Source of the DNA: an uncultured Lachnospiraceae bacterium
Lineage (GTDB): Bacteria; Bacillota; Clostridia; Lachnospirales; Lachnospiraceae
Direction of reading: 5' to 3'
DNA: 64,000 bases
NCBI GenBank assembly: GCA_910587635.1
Contig: CAJUNB010000027.1
Location: forward strand, 36,677 to 100,676
Below the pieces are notes generated by a model. The model was given only the letters and a program-made list of their open reading frames with translations, was not told the origin of the DNA and made no database searches. Below, one piece after another: positions 49,501 to 58,603 of this stretch (within the stretch, counting starts at the first letter, position 1; each line of letters opens with the position of its first letter). The position numbers were made by a program, and so were the translations under genes.

Positions 49501-50793
49501 CAGGAAACGAAACGAACGATACAGCCTACCAACATCCAAAAAGTTTCTTTTACGGAAGAAATGCGAAAAGATTATACGATCCTCTGTCCCCAGATGTCTC
49601 CAATCCATTTCGAACTGATGGAGACTGCTATCAACAGTTGCGGTTATCATCTGGAAGTATTGCCCAATGACAATAAGCATGCTGTGGACACAGGACTGAA
49701 ATATGTTAATAATGACGCATGTTACCCTTCTCTGATTGTCGTAGGACAGATCATGGAAGCACTTCTGTCCGGCAAATACGATCTGAACAAAACAGCTGTT
49801 ATTATGAGTCAGACAGGAGGGGGATGCCGCGCCACCAATTACATCGGCTTTATCAGGCGGGCATTGGAAAAAGCCGGTATGAAACAGATCCCCGTTATTT
49901 CTCTGAATCTGGCAGGAATAGAGAGTAATCCCGGCTTCCATCTGACGAAGGACCTGTTCATTCGGGCTGCCTATGCCGCTCTGCTGGGAGATGTTTTCAT
50001 GCGCTGCCTCTATCGTATGCGCCCCTATGAAAAAGTGCCCGGTTCCGCCAACGCCCTCCACAGAAAATGGGCTGAGAAATGCAAGCACTTTCTGTCCGGC
50101 CACCGTCCCGGTTATTTCCGTTACGGCAGTCTGTGCAAGAATATCATCCGTGATTTTGACAATCTGCCAGTAACGGGAGAAAAAAAGCCGAAAGTAGGCA
50201 TTGTAGGAGAAATTCTTGTCAAATTTATGCCTGCTGCAAACAACCATCTGGTAGAGCTGCTGGAGGCGGAAGGGGCAGAAGCTGTCGTCCCCGATCTGCT
50301 GGACTTCATGCTCTACTGCTTCTATAATCAGATTTACAAAGCAGAAAATCTCGGTATGAGCAAGCGAAACGCCAGACTGTCTTCTCTTGGCATTCGCGCC
50401 CTTACTTTCCTGCGTTGTCCCGCCACCCGGGCTTTCAAAAAGAGTCGGCATTTCACGCCGCCTGCCAACATCTATGATCTGGTAAACTATGCTAAGCCTA
50501 TTGTCTCTATCGGCAACCAGACTGGGGAAGGGTGGTTTCTCACAGGAGAAATGCTGGAGCTGATCCACAGCGGGGTGAACAATATCGTATGCACCCAGCC
50601 TTTCGGCTGCCTTCCCAACCACGTGGTAGGAAAAGGCGTGATCAAAGAGCTGCGCCGCCGCTATCCTGTATCCAACATCGTGGCAATCGATTACGATCCC
50701 GGTGCCAGCGAAGTCAACCAGCTCAACCGCATCAAACTGATGCTGTCCACGGCGCAAAAGAATCTGAAAAAAGAAATGGCTTTTATGGAGTAA
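46540..50793 (+). CDS. Fusion protein: two BcrAD/BadFG (HgdC-like) activase ATPase domains plus 2-hydroxyacyl-CoA-dehydratase-like (DUF2229/HgdB-like) domains
   Basis: [17 protein letters not shown] and [17 protein letters not shown] start two ASKHA ATPase modules. A Cys-rich linker follows ([10 protein letters not shown]...CERG), then about 780 aa of dehydratase-component-like sequence. The start is at 46540, not at the ORF-track 46453. Confidence 0.85.
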   Translation: MNRSQYYLGIDIGSTTVKIAILDGQNTILFSDYKRHFANIRETLADLLQEAGEKLGNITMHPVITGSGGLALANHLQIPFVQEVIAVATSLETFAPKTDVAIELGGEDAKIIYFGGGNVEQRMNGICAGGTGSFIDQMASLLQTDASGLNEYAKDYKSLYTIAARCGVFAKSDIQPLINDGATKEDLSASIFQAVVNQTISGLACGKPIRGYVAFLGGPLHFLSELKAAFIRTLKLDEEHIIDTDNSHLFAAIGSALNAKENTIVTMEEMAHKLSSDIQMEFEVERMEPLFSSREEYDSFRRRHDSHRVEKADLDSYQGRCYLGIDAGSTTTKIALVGEDGSLLYSFYSGNNGSPLKTAIGALKDIYAKLPEGVTIVRSCSTGYGEALMKAAFLLDDGEVETVAHYYAAAFFDPDVDCILDIGGQDMKCIKIKNQTVDSVQLNEACSSGCGSFIETFAKSLNYSVEDFASAALFAEHPIDLGTRCTVFMNSKVKQAQKEGAEVADISAGLAYSVIKNALFKVIKVSDASELGKQIVVQGGTFYNDAVLRSFELIAGCKAIRPDIAGIMGAFGAALIARERFLAETDYETTMLSLDRINALQFETSMAKCKGCTNSCRLTINKFTGGRQYISGNRCERGIGKKKNENNVPNLYEYKLHRVFDYEPLSPDNAPRGQVGIPRVLNMYENYPFWFTFFTDLGYEVVLSPVSNRKIYELGIESIPSESECYPAKLAHGHVTWLLRKKVPFIFYPALFYERNEFEEANNHYNCPIVTSYSENIKNNIDEISQGRVRFCNPFMSFRDITTVTDALIREFQEITPEDIRAAAAHGWQELANAREDIRKKGEETIQYLQETGKRGIVLAGRPYHIDPEIHHGIPELITGYDMAVLTEDSICHLAAPERPLIVSDQWMYHSRLYAAASYVRLTDNLDLIQLNSFGCGLDAVTTDQVNDILSGSDKIYTCLKIDEVNNLGAARIRIRSLISALRVRERQETKRTIQPTNIQKVSFTEEMRKDYTILCPQMSPIHFELMETAINSCGYHLEVLPNDNKHAVDTGLKYVNNDACYPSLIVVGQIMEALLSGKYDLNKTAVIMSQTGGGCRATNYIGFIRRALEKAGMKQIPVISLNLAGIESNPGFHLTKDLFIRAAYAALLGDVFMRCLYRMRPYEKVPGSANALHRKWAEKCKHFLSGHRPGYFRYGSLCKNIIRDFDNLPVTGEKKPKVGIVGEILVKFMPAANNHLVELLEAEGAEAVVPDLLDFMLYCFYNQIYKAENLGMSKRNARLSSLGIRALTFLRCPATRAFKKSRHFTPPANIYDLVNYAKPIVSIGNQTGEGWFLTGEMLELIHSGVNNIVCTQPFGCLPNHVVGKGVIKELRRRYPVSNIVAIDYDPGASEVNQLNRIKLMLSTAQKNLKKEMAFME

Positions 50794-50803
50794 TTTTTTC
50801 AAA

Positions 50804-50868
50804 ATAAAAATCACCTTTCATTATCGATCGGTTGGTACAACCGGTCATAACGGAAAGGTGATTTTTTT
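50804..50868. terminator. Bidirectional terminator between convergent genes
   Basis: ATCACCTTTC / GAAAGGTGAT stem enclosing a second hairpin CGGTTG-gta-CAACCG. A-run upstream and T7 downstream. Confidence 0.65.
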
Positions 50869-50869
50869 G

Positions 50870-51694
50870 TCAGCAGTTCCCCACATACACATGTTTCAGA
50901 TATTTCTCTGCAATCCCTGCCAGTCTGTATATGTGAGCTACGTTAGTAGCCTCTCTGTCCTGCATATGATACCGTGGAAAGAAACGGGTAATGTGAAGGG
51001 GAATTTCACTGTCCACAGAAGCAATCCACTGTGCCTCTCTGGCCATCTCTCCCACCGTATCGTTCTCTCCCGGAACAACCAGTGTTGTAAGCTCCACATG
51101 ACAGCATTCCGCTGCTCTGGCAATAAAAGCCTTCACTGTTTCCAGATCTCCACCCAGTCTCTCATACCAGGACTGTTGAAATCCCTTCAAATCTATATTC
51201 ATGGCATCCACCCAGGGAAGAAGCTCTTCCAATATGTCCAGAGAGGCCATTCCGTTTGTCACAAGTACAGTTTCCATACCATACTTTTTCAGAAAAGCAG
51301 CCGTGTCCCTTACATATTCCCAGCCAATCAAAGGTTCATTATACGTAAAGGCCACACCGATATTTTCTTCCCTTTGACAGGCAAGTGCCTTTTCTGCCAG
51401 CTCCCGGGGAGAAAGGTAGACAGAGCCTTCTCCTTTTCTGTCCATGGATATACGATAGTTTTGACAAAAAGGACACTTCAGATTACAGCCAAAGCTTCCC
51501 ACTGACAGAATCTTTCTCCCCGGATAAAACAGTCGGAGAGGCTTTTTTTCGATGGGATCCAGGGCCAGCGAAGTGATCTGTCCATAATTTCTGCATTGAA
51601 TAACACCCTCTATATTTTCCCTTGCCCCGCACAATCCCCTCTGCCCGGGCTCCAGATTACAATGATGTATACATACCTGACAGACCGTTTTCAT
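50870..51694 (-). CDS. amrS: AmmeMemoRadiSam-system radical SAM enzyme
   Basis: N-terminal Cys cluster (CQVCIHHCNLEPGQRGLCGAR) followed by the radical SAM motif CNLKCPFCQN. 274 aa. Adjacent to an AMMECR1 gene. Confidence 0.82.
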   Translation of the reverse strand: MKTVCQVCIHHCNLEPGQRGLCGARENIEGVIQCRNYGQITSLALDPIEKKPLRLFYPGRKILSVGSFGCNLKCPFCQNYRISMDRKGEGSVYLSPRELAEKALACQREENIGVAFTYNEPLIGWEYVRDTAAFLKKYGMETVLVTNGMASLDILEELLPWVDAMNIDLKGFQQSWYERLGGDLETVKAFIARAAECCHVELTTLVVPGENDTVGEMAREAQWIASVDSEIPLHITRFFPRYHMQDREATNVAHIYRLAGIAEKYLKHVYVGNC

Positions 51695-51801
51695 TTTCCG
51701 TCCCTCTTTTCATTTTCATCCCCATACGAAAAAATAACAAGTTATACGATATTCCAGATTCTTACAGAAATTACCCTAAACAGTAAAAATAGCACACGGT
51801 A

Positions 51802-53109
51802 TCAATTATGTCTCACCACTTCAAACCGTTCCAATACGACACCTTCCTCCGTCCCAATTCCCGCCTTTTGTTTTGCGATACGAATCTGTTCCTCCACTGT
51901 ATCTACACCCTCCAGATTGGGAAGCAGAAGTCCCCGTCTGTATCCTTTTGTTACAATAACACCATACTTTTTTGCATCCAGCTCTTTCGGAGAAGATATC
52001 CTCTCCCGTGCTCCCAGCACATCCACACTGATGGACAGATCTTTTAGCTCATAGGGCTCCACCGGATCGAACCTGGGATCATTCGTGACAGCGCTGATGG
52101 CATTCTGAATGATTTCTTCCGCCACAGATGAACAGACCGCCTGTATCGTCCCGATGCAGCCCCGAAGCATCCCTTTCTTTTTCACAGAGACAAATGCCCC
52201 TGCCCTTGTCCTGTACATTTCTTCAGGCAGCCCCTTCGGCACTTCTTTCACTTCTCCATTGCGTACATATTCCTCAATCGTCTGCCGGGCCAGCTCTGTA
52301 TAGGCGTCTTTTATCACTTCATAGGCACATATTCCATATCCGACACCGAAAGGCCCTTCATAGGACAGACGCTCAGCCTTTACCGTCATATGTTCCAGTG
52401 CCCCTGCCATTATTACAAAACTGCGATGGCCGCACTCTCCCGCTCTGTCACACAGTTTATCCGAAAATGTCAGCAATTCTCCCCAGACTCCTCTTTCCAT
52501 CACATCCATGACACGACTGTCATATTCGGGTCCCTCCCTGGCATATCCGTAGGGTCCTTCTTTCCGTAATCTGTGGGACAGATCTCCACTGGCAATGATC
52601 ACAGTCTTTCTCTCAAGTGCGTCTGCCGTTTCTCTGACAATTCGTCCAAGCGCAAAATGTTGTTGCAGAGGCAGGCCGGAAAGACCTATCCTGACAAGCT
52701 TATATTTTTTCCATTCCTGATTGACAAACCAGAGCGGCACCATCGTCCCGTGATCCAGCTCCCGGCTGCGTTCTCCTTCCATCCCCGCCGACAGATCATA
52801 CGCATCCGCCAGTCTGCAAATATGACCCACAAACGCAGTATCATAGGTAACTTCCATTCTTACCCATCCGGCGCCAAACTGTCCGAAATCTCCATATGCC
52901 CTGTCTCCTGGTGAAATATGGAAATAATCTCTGTACATCGTCTGATGGGGCGATATCAGTACGATCGTCTCCGGCCGCAGTTGTCCAATCCGGTTTGCCA
53001 CCTCTCTGTATCCGTCAACGGTCTTCTGTATCTCCCTCTCTCTTCCTTTGCCGACCTCCGGTATGATCAGCGGCGGATGAGGCACCATATAGGCTCCTGC
53101 AATTCCCAT
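51802..53109 (-). CDS. Fusion of a class III extradiol dioxygenase (LigB/Memo-superfamily) domain and an AMMECR1 domain
   Basis: N-terminal MVPHPPLIIPEVG...ISPHQ...SGDLSH is LigB-like. C-terminal GAFVSVKKKGMLRGCIGT...GLLLP is AMMECR1. The ATG at 53109 is 7 nt after GGAGG. Confidence 0.8.
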   Translation of the reverse strand: MGIAGAYMVPHPPLIIPEVGKGREREIQKTVDGYREVANRIGQLRPETIVLISPHQTMYRDYFHISPGDRAYGDFGQFGAGWVRMEVTYDTAFVGHICRLADAYDLSAGMEGERSRELDHGTMVPLWFVNQEWKKYKLVRIGLSGLPLQQHFALGRIVRETADALERKTVIIASGDLSHRLRKEGPYGYAREGPEYDSRVMDVMERGVWGELLTFSDKLCDRAGECGHRSFVIMAGALEHMTVKAERLSYEGPFGVGYGICAYEVIKDAYTELARQTIEEYVRNGEVKEVPKGLPEEMYRTRAGAFVSVKKKGMLRGCIGTIQAVCSSVAEEIIQNAISAVTNDPRFDPVEPYELKDLSISVDVLGARERISSPKELDAKKYGVIVTKGYRRGLLLPNLEGVDTVEEQIRIAKQKAGIGTEEGVVLERFEVVRHN

Positions 53110-53129
53110 CTCCACACCTCCTTTTGGCA

Positions 53130-54488
53130 TTATGATGTGAGAACAAATTTTTTAATATACTTTCGATAAGTAACAAAGAACAGTGCCGCTGCCAGTACGA
53201 CTGACAGATAGTCTGCTACAGGCTGTGCCAACGCCAGCGTCTGTGCCGTATGCAGCAGATTATGAAAAGCCAGTAAAATAGGAATATACAGGATACCCTG
53301 TCTGCTCACAGATAAAATGAGAGCCGGCAGCGCGGCCCCGGTAGCCTGAATGGCATTGACAAATACGAACAGAATCCCGATAATCGGCCCGGAAAAAATA
53401 TAGATCCTGGCAAATGACATGCCGAATCCAAAAGCATCCGCATTATCCAGAAAAGCCGTTACAAGAGGCCCGGCTCCGAAATAACAGATAACCGTCATAA
53501 TCACACTCATCCCGAAAGCGAGTATAAGGGAAAAACGCAATACTTCCATATACCGTTTTCCGTTTCCGGCTCCAAAACAATAGCCAAGCAGCGGCTGTAT
53601 TCCCGTCCCCAGTCCAATGAGCAGCATCACTACGATCAGATTTACCTTCATGGCCACACCCAGACCTGCCACTGCCATGTCTCCGTAGCCTGCCATCATG
53701 TTGTTGACAATTATATTGGAAGTGCTCAACAGAATGCTGTTCAAAGACGCCGGAACACCGATGGCAAATACTCCTGCGGCGATTCCTCCCTTGATACAAT
53801 AATCAGAGAGCCTGACCGAAAGCATCGTTTTTTTCGAAAGCAGATGTCTGAGATAAAACAGTGCGGAGATCATGTTGCTCAGCGTAGTGGCAATCGCCGC
53901 CCCCGCCACGTTCCAATGCAGTCCCAGAATCAATACAGGATCCAGTACAATATTGATCACATTTCCAAAAATCATTCCTGCCATTGCTGTCTTGGCATTT
54001 CCCTCCGCCCGGATAATATTGCTGAAACTATTGCTGATAATCAAAAAAGGAATCCCCGCCGCAACAATATTCAAATACTCGGAAGCATATCCTATCGTAT
54101 CATCACTTGCTCCCACCATTTGACAGACGGGACGGATGAACATCCATATTAGAACCATAGAGACAACACCAATAATCAGGCCTGTCCAAAAACAGAATGC
54201 AGAAGTATTTTTCGCTTTCTTATCGTTACCTTCTCCAAGCATTCTGGAAATCAGAGAAGTACCTCCAATGCCAAACAGCATCCCCACTGCCATAAAAAAC
54301 AAAAAAGCCGGTGTCGCCACGGAAACAGCCGCTACCATGTAGGCATCTTTCGTCTGTCCGATGAAAAAAGTATCTGCCAGATTATAGAGCAATACCATAA
54401 TCATACTGATGATAGACGGTATCACATTGCTGATTACTGCCTTCGGTACCGGCGCATTTCTAAAAATTTCTGTTGTCTTATCTTCCAT
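53130..54488 (-). CDS. MATE-family efflux transporter
   Basis: 452 aa, 12 TM helices, typical N-terminus (...PSIISMIMVLLYNLADTFFIGQ). Confidence 0.88.
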   Translation of the reverse strand: MEDKTTEIFRNAPVPKAVISNVIPSIISMIMVLLYNLADTFFIGQTKDAYMVAAVSVATPAFLFFMAVGMLFGIGGTSLISRMLGEGNDKKAKNTSAFCFWTGLIIGVVSMVLIWMFIRPVCQMVGASDDTIGYASEYLNIVAAGIPFLIISNSFSNIIRAEGNAKTAMAGMIFGNVINIVLDPVLILGLHWNVAGAAIATTLSNMISALFYLRHLLSKKTMLSVRLSDYCIKGGIAAGVFAIGVPASLNSILLSTSNIIVNNMMAGYGDMAVAGLGVAMKVNLIVVMLLIGLGTGIQPLLGYCFGAGNGKRYMEVLRFSLILAFGMSVIMTVICYFGAGPLVTAFLDNADAFGFGMSFARIYIFSGPIIGILFVFVNAIQATGAALPALILSVSRQGILYIPILLAFHNLLHTAQTLALAQPVADYLSVVLAAALFFVTYRKYIKKFVLTS

Positions 54489-54515
54489 TGTATAAACTCC
54501 TTTCCCTTTGTATCT

Positions 54516-54980
54516 TCACTCTGCAAGGCTCTCTGCGTTCCTGTATTCTTCCTCTTTCAAATTCTCATAGGCTCTTTGCAGCAGCCCTTGTAATACCTGC
54601 TTCTCATCTTCTGTCATATCCTTCATTAAAATCCTGTCTATCCGCAGCTTCCCCAGAGCCATTTCCTCCATAATCTTTTCGCCTTCTGCAGTCAGACAGA
54701 TCTGCCGGGAACGGCTTCCCTGCTTTCTGTCCTTCCGCACAATCAGTTCCTTTTTCTCCAAAAGCTTGATCACATGTATTACACTTGTGTGCTTTACATC
54801 AAAATAAGAGGCAATATCAGATATCCCACACTCCCCCCCATTTTGATAATGCAGATATTCCATTATTTCCATCTGCGTTCCCGTCAGCCCCAGGGTTTTC
54901 AGCCGTCTGTTCTTGCCCCGCTCCAGCCGATTACCTATCTTTTTCAAATACATCCCAACTTCACTTGTAAACAATGCCAT
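54516..54980 (-). CDS. MarR-family transcriptional regulator
   Basis: LGLTGTQMEIMEYL...ISDIASYFDVKHTSVIHVIKLLEKKELI winged helix. The start is uncertain: ATG at 54980, TTG at 54974 or ATG at 54953. The ORF-track start at 55088 is probably too long. Confidence 0.78.
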   Translation of the reverse strand: MALFTSEVGMYLKKIGNRLERGKNRRLKTLGLTGTQMEIMEYLHYQNGGECGISDIASYFDVKHTSVIHVIKLLEKKELIVRKDRKQGSRSRQICLTAEGEKIMEEMALGKLRIDRILMKDMTEDEKQVLQGLLQRAYENLKEEEYRNAESLAE

Positions 54981-55150
54981 ACCTCCTAGACTGAAGAAGA
55001 ATTTCCCCCATCCACTCCGGCGCTCTCCAAATCCTTCTTCCTGAACAGGCAAAATATGTAGCATGCTACATATTACACCAGATTTCATAAATTTGCAACT
55101 GTTTTTTTCCGGGGAAATGATGTATGATAGGAAAAACAGGAGGATTTTTC

Positions 55151-56239
55151 ATGAAACGATTCTATCTGCTCAATATAGCCGCCATTCTTGGCGTATTATC
55201 TATATCTCTCACTGTCTCTGCTTCTGAAGTCCCCTCTTCCGAAGGTTTTTCCTGGGTAATACTGTCCGATGAAGAACCGGAAGAAAATAGCGATGACGAT
55301 CGTGACAAGACTACAGACAGTGACAGCGACAAAGGTACAGATACAGATAATGACGATCATAATGACAATGATAACACCAAAGACAATGAAAGTGATCGTA
55401 ATGATAATGATAGTGACAACCGCGATGACGACAACAGCAATAAGAGTATTTACCCTTCCGAAACGATCTATTCCAAAGCAGAAATCGAAGATATGATCGC
55501 AGAAAAATACGAGGAACTGGACGAAGCCTACGAAATAGAAGACAAATTTAAAAAGACAAAGACGATCGATGGCATTGATTCCTTCATTCTCAATTTCTGT
55601 GGAGACCCTTTACAAGATAAAAAAATCGCTTTTTTAGGCGACAGTATAACCGCCGGAAGCGGTGGTACTCTGACTCCCGACGGCAGTGGCCTGGGCTATA
55701 CAGATTTTATTGCCAAATATACTTCTGCCAAGATCATCAATCTGGGTATCGGAGGCGCGCCCTTTGATGGCAGCAATAACGACGATGCCCTTGTCAACCG
55801 TTATAAGGACATCCCCAAAGATACGGATATCATCGTCCTGTTCGGCGGCATCAACGATCTGTTCGCTGGAGCAGAACATTTCGGCTCACCGGATGAACTG
55901 AAAGAAGGTACTTACTGTGGTGACCTTTACAAAACCTTTCAGCAGATCGATAAACGTCATCCCGATGCAGAGGTCTATATCGTTATTACCTATCCCAATA
56001 AAATGGAACAGTACCAGCAGTACACCGATGATAAATGGCAGGATTATGCAGATGTACAGATACAGCTGGCACATAAATTTGATTTTCGTATCATCAATCT
56101 CTATGAAGAGGGCTTTCTGGACAGCAATGATTCAAAAGTGAGAAATGCATTTTTCAAAGACGATATCCATCCTGACGATTTGGGAAGTGAAATATTGGGG
56201 AGACACATTCTCGTCCATCTGATTCGAAAACACTTATAA
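55151..56239 (+). CDS. Secreted SGNH/GDSL hydrolase with a D/N/S-rich acidic linker
   Basis: The ATG at 55151 follows GGAGGA. Signal peptide, a low-complexity acidic tract of about 60 aa, block I FLGDSITAG and block V DDIHPD. Confidence 0.8.
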   Translation: MKRFYLLNIAAILGVLSISLTVSASEVPSSEGFSWVILSDEEPEENSDDDRDKTTDSDSDKGTDTDNDDHNDNDNTKDNESDRNDNDSDNRDDDNSNKSIYPSETIYSKAEIEDMIAEKYEELDEAYEIEDKFKKTKTIDGIDSFILNFCGDPLQDKKIAFLGDSITAGSGGTLTPDGSGLGYTDFIAKYTSAKIINLGIGGAPFDGSNNDDALVNRYKDIPKDTDIIVLFGGINDLFAGAEHFGSPDELKEGTYCGDLYKTFQQIDKRHPDAEVYIVITYPNKMEQYQQYTDDKWQDYADVQIQLAHKFDFRIINLYEEGFLDSNDSKVRNAFFKDDIHPDDLGSEILGRHILVHLIRKHL

Positions 56240-56353
56240 TAAATAACACTCCGTATATTATTCATTCATAACGCACGCTACAAATCACATATAGACAATT
56301 TTTTATCATAACACGCATTTTCATAACACATGTATTTACATAACACACCAAAT

Positions 56354-56387
56354 CCCGGAGAATGTTTTTAAGTGTACATTCCCCGGG
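56354..56387. terminator. Hairpin between convergent SGNH and blaR1-like genes
   Basis: CCCGGAGAATGT / ACATTCCCCGGG (one mismatch). Weak T-runs on both sides. Confidence 0.4.
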
Positions 56388-56398
56388 TTCTGTATGAT

Positions 56399-58024
56399 TT
56401 ACTCTTTTGCTCTCAGTTTCTCCAGATTGTCTTCGATCTTATCCAGTATTCTCTGACGCTGCTCTTCTGTCAACGTTCCGTTTTTTACTGCAGTGTCAAA
56501 GACTGACATCATCCTTTCCGTCTCCTGCTCATATACTTCTGCTGTCAATGGAGAAGATTCCGGGCGCCATTCCTGCTCCGGTGCCATAATGGACAACGGG
56601 TCCAGACCGCCTCCATAGACAATCCCATTTTCTTCATACCGCTCTTCAAAAGCAGGCTTGTATATGACAAACTCCCCTTTCCCGTTATCTGCTTTTAATT
56701 TCTCCAAAGCAGCTTCCATTCTTTTCACAACTTCATTTTTGTCTCCTCCTTCTCCATCGGCGTATTTCTTCACCTGATCTATGACAGTCTCGTACTCTTC
56801 AGGAGTATACAGCTCAAAGATACCGCCCAGCGTAGGATCATCCAAATATGCGGCAGCCGCATCCACTGCCTCCTCCTCTGTCTGCCCGGTACTTATTCTT
56901 ATTTCCGTACCACCCGAATTTGCCGTCACCACTAACGTTTCTCCTCTATCGGTCTCTTTCGTTTCCTCTTCCCCCACCACTACGGCCTCACTATCTGTCG
57001 GTACCGGCTCCTTATCTTTCTCCGAACGTTTTTCAGCCGGTGTGACCACATATATCACTACCGAGCCCGCAATTAATATAAGAGACAATACAATCCCCAT
57101 GATTGTTACCTTTTTCTTTTTCATAATATGTAATATCCTTTCTTTCATAAAATGCTGCATAAAGCAGGAAGCCAGTAGGTTCACCTCTGTCTTTTGAGCC
57201 TCCCATTCCAGCAATACTCCTGCATATGCAGACCGTTTTCCATTTCCAATCATCCGAATTACTTCTTCATCACATGCCAGCTCTATATCCCGGTTGGCCA
57301 GATAATACATTATCCATACGAAAGGATTGAACCAATGGCAGGTAAGCACTGCTGCAAGACATATTTTTCCGAGCGCATCCAGGCGCTTTATATGGGCCAG
57401 CTCATGAAGCAATATATAATCCAGCCTCTCGGAATTTTCCAAATCCATCTTTTTAGGTAATAAAATAACCGGATGTACAATTCCATAAGTCAGAGGAGAA
57501 CAGATTCTGTCAGATATCCGTACTTTTACATGGCGGCGCAGACTATGCGCGCTGTTAATTCTATCCTCGCTCTCCCTGCTTCCAAAATTTTCTTTTCCCA
57601 TTGGCAGTGACTGGCGAAAAATGCAGATACAGTGCAAATAAGTGTACAGAAAATACAGTCCAAGACAGAAAATTCCTATCAGCCATATAATCTTCCAGAT
57701 TACGGTATTCGATTGTGCCACCCTGTCCTGGATAACATCAAACCCCAGTGGAATTTTGGGCATATTCAATGTCTGGGCAATATCCTCTACTTCTGTCTGC
57801 ATTTGCAGAGACGTTACTGCCATCCGGCCCATTTTTTCAATAGGCCTCAAAAGCCCATCCGGCATCATTAATTTACAGCATATGATACCCCAAACCAGCA
57901 TCAGTACATTTCCCGAAACTTTGTTTTTCACTGCAGGTCTTACCGCAATCATAAGTATAATGAGAACTGATGCAGATATACTCATTTGAAATATTTCCAT
58001 GTGATGTTCACTCCATCTCATCAA
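56399..58024 (-). CDS. BlaR1/M56-family membrane metalloprotease sensor with a non-PBP C-terminal domain
   Basis: HELAHIKRLD zinc motif within 4-5 TM helices. The extracytoplasmic C-terminal half has no SxxK/KTG motifs. The start could be 58024, 58021 or 58000. Confidence 0.78.
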   Translation of the reverse strand: MMRWSEHHMEIFQMSISASVLIILMIAVRPAVKNKVSGNVLMLVWGIICCKLMMPDGLLRPIEKMGRMAVTSLQMQTEVEDIAQTLNMPKIPLGFDVIQDRVAQSNTVIWKIIWLIGIFCLGLYFLYTYLHCICIFRQSLPMGKENFGSRESEDRINSAHSLRRHVKVRISDRICSPLTYGIVHPVILLPKKMDLENSERLDYILLHELAHIKRLDALGKICLAAVLTCHWFNPFVWIMYYLANRDIELACDEEVIRMIGNGKRSAYAGVLLEWEAQKTEVNLLASCFMQHFMKERILHIMKKKKVTIMGIVLSLILIAGSVVIYVVTPAEKRSEKDKEPVPTDSEAVVVGEEETKETDRGETLVVTANSGGTEIRISTGQTEEEAVDAAAAYLDDPTLGGIFELYTPEEYETVIDQVKKYADGEGGDKNEVVKRMEAALEKLKADNGKGEFVIYKPAFEERYEENGIVYGGGLDPLSIMAPEQEWRPESSPLTAEVYEQETERMMSVFDTAVKNGTLTEEQRQRILDKIEDNLEKLRAKE

Positions 58025-58367
58025 TCATTTGTTTTAACTTTTTTATCTCCTCTTTCGACATCTTTTTTTGCTGCAACAGAGCAGAAAATAAAAGAGGAAC
58101 TGAACCGCCGAATACCCGATTCACAAACTCATCTGTATCGTTTTCAATTGCCTGCTCTTTTGTAATTCTGGCTCTGCATAAGAAACCCGGCTCCAACCGT
58201 TCAATCAGTCCTTTCTGAATGCATTTCTTAATTACGGTATAAGTCGTATTTTTATTCCAGCCTATTTTTTCATTCAAAATCAGAGATATTTCCTTCGCTG
58301 TCATATCACCTTCTTCCCAGATAACTTCCATTACTTTTCGTTCAGAATCGAATAATTTTTCTTCCAT
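58008..58367 (-). CDS. BlaI/MecI/CopY-family repressor
   Basis: MEEKLFDSERKVMEVIWEEGDMTAKEISLIL...WNKNTTYTVIKKCIQKGLI winged helix. The ATG at 58367 follows AAAGGTG. Confidence 0.85.
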   Translation of the reverse strand: MEEKLFDSERKVMEVIWEEGDMTAKEISLILNEKIGWNKNTTYTVIKKCIQKGLIERLEPGFLCRARITKEQAIENDTDEFVNRVFGGSVPLLFSALLQQKKMSKEEIKKLKQMIDEME

Positions 58368-58417
58368 TATTGTGCACGCACCTTTCATCATTGTACTACT
58401 ACGATAGTCTATCTGTT

Positions 58418-58441
58418 TACAGACTATCACAGTAGTCTGTA
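58418..58441. promoter_or_regulatory. Candidate BlaI-family operator TACAGACTA-N6-TAGTCTGTA
   Basis: Perfect 9-bp inverted repeat containing the TACA/TGTA half-sites typical of this family, about 50 nt upstream of the blaI-like start. A third TAGTCT copy lies at 58405-58410. Confidence 0.5.
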
Positions 58442-58515
58442 TGTGTCAACTATTTTTGAAAAAAACATGCCAGTCCTTTTGGGTGAAGCAGCTATTTCCT
58501 CTCTGCGAGCTGTGC

Positions 58516-58555
58516 ATAAAAAACGACCCCGCTTCCATTTCTGAAATCGGGGCCG
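58516..58555 (-). terminator. Rho-independent terminator after the LRR gene
   Basis: Reverse strand: CGGCCCCG...CGGGGTCG stem (one G-U pair) followed by TTTTTTAT. Confidence 0.55.
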
Positions 58556-58603
58556 CAAACTGTTCTCTTTATTTTCCAATCATCTTTTTTGTACTATCTA
58601 CTC

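Noticed and set aside
49396-50814. A 472-codon ORF antisense to the activase/dehydratase fusion gene, plus 245-aa and 160-aa antisense ORFs at 47605-48342 and 48535-49017.
   Set aside because: All three are in the codon-aligned shadow frame (coordinates are congruent modulo 3 with the sense gene). They stay open simply because the sense gene avoids TTA, CTA and TCA codons over that stretch. There is no RBS, and the translated sequence is junk-like. The same effect explains other long antisense ORFs, for example 2291-2989, 13555-14274 and 25922-26581.
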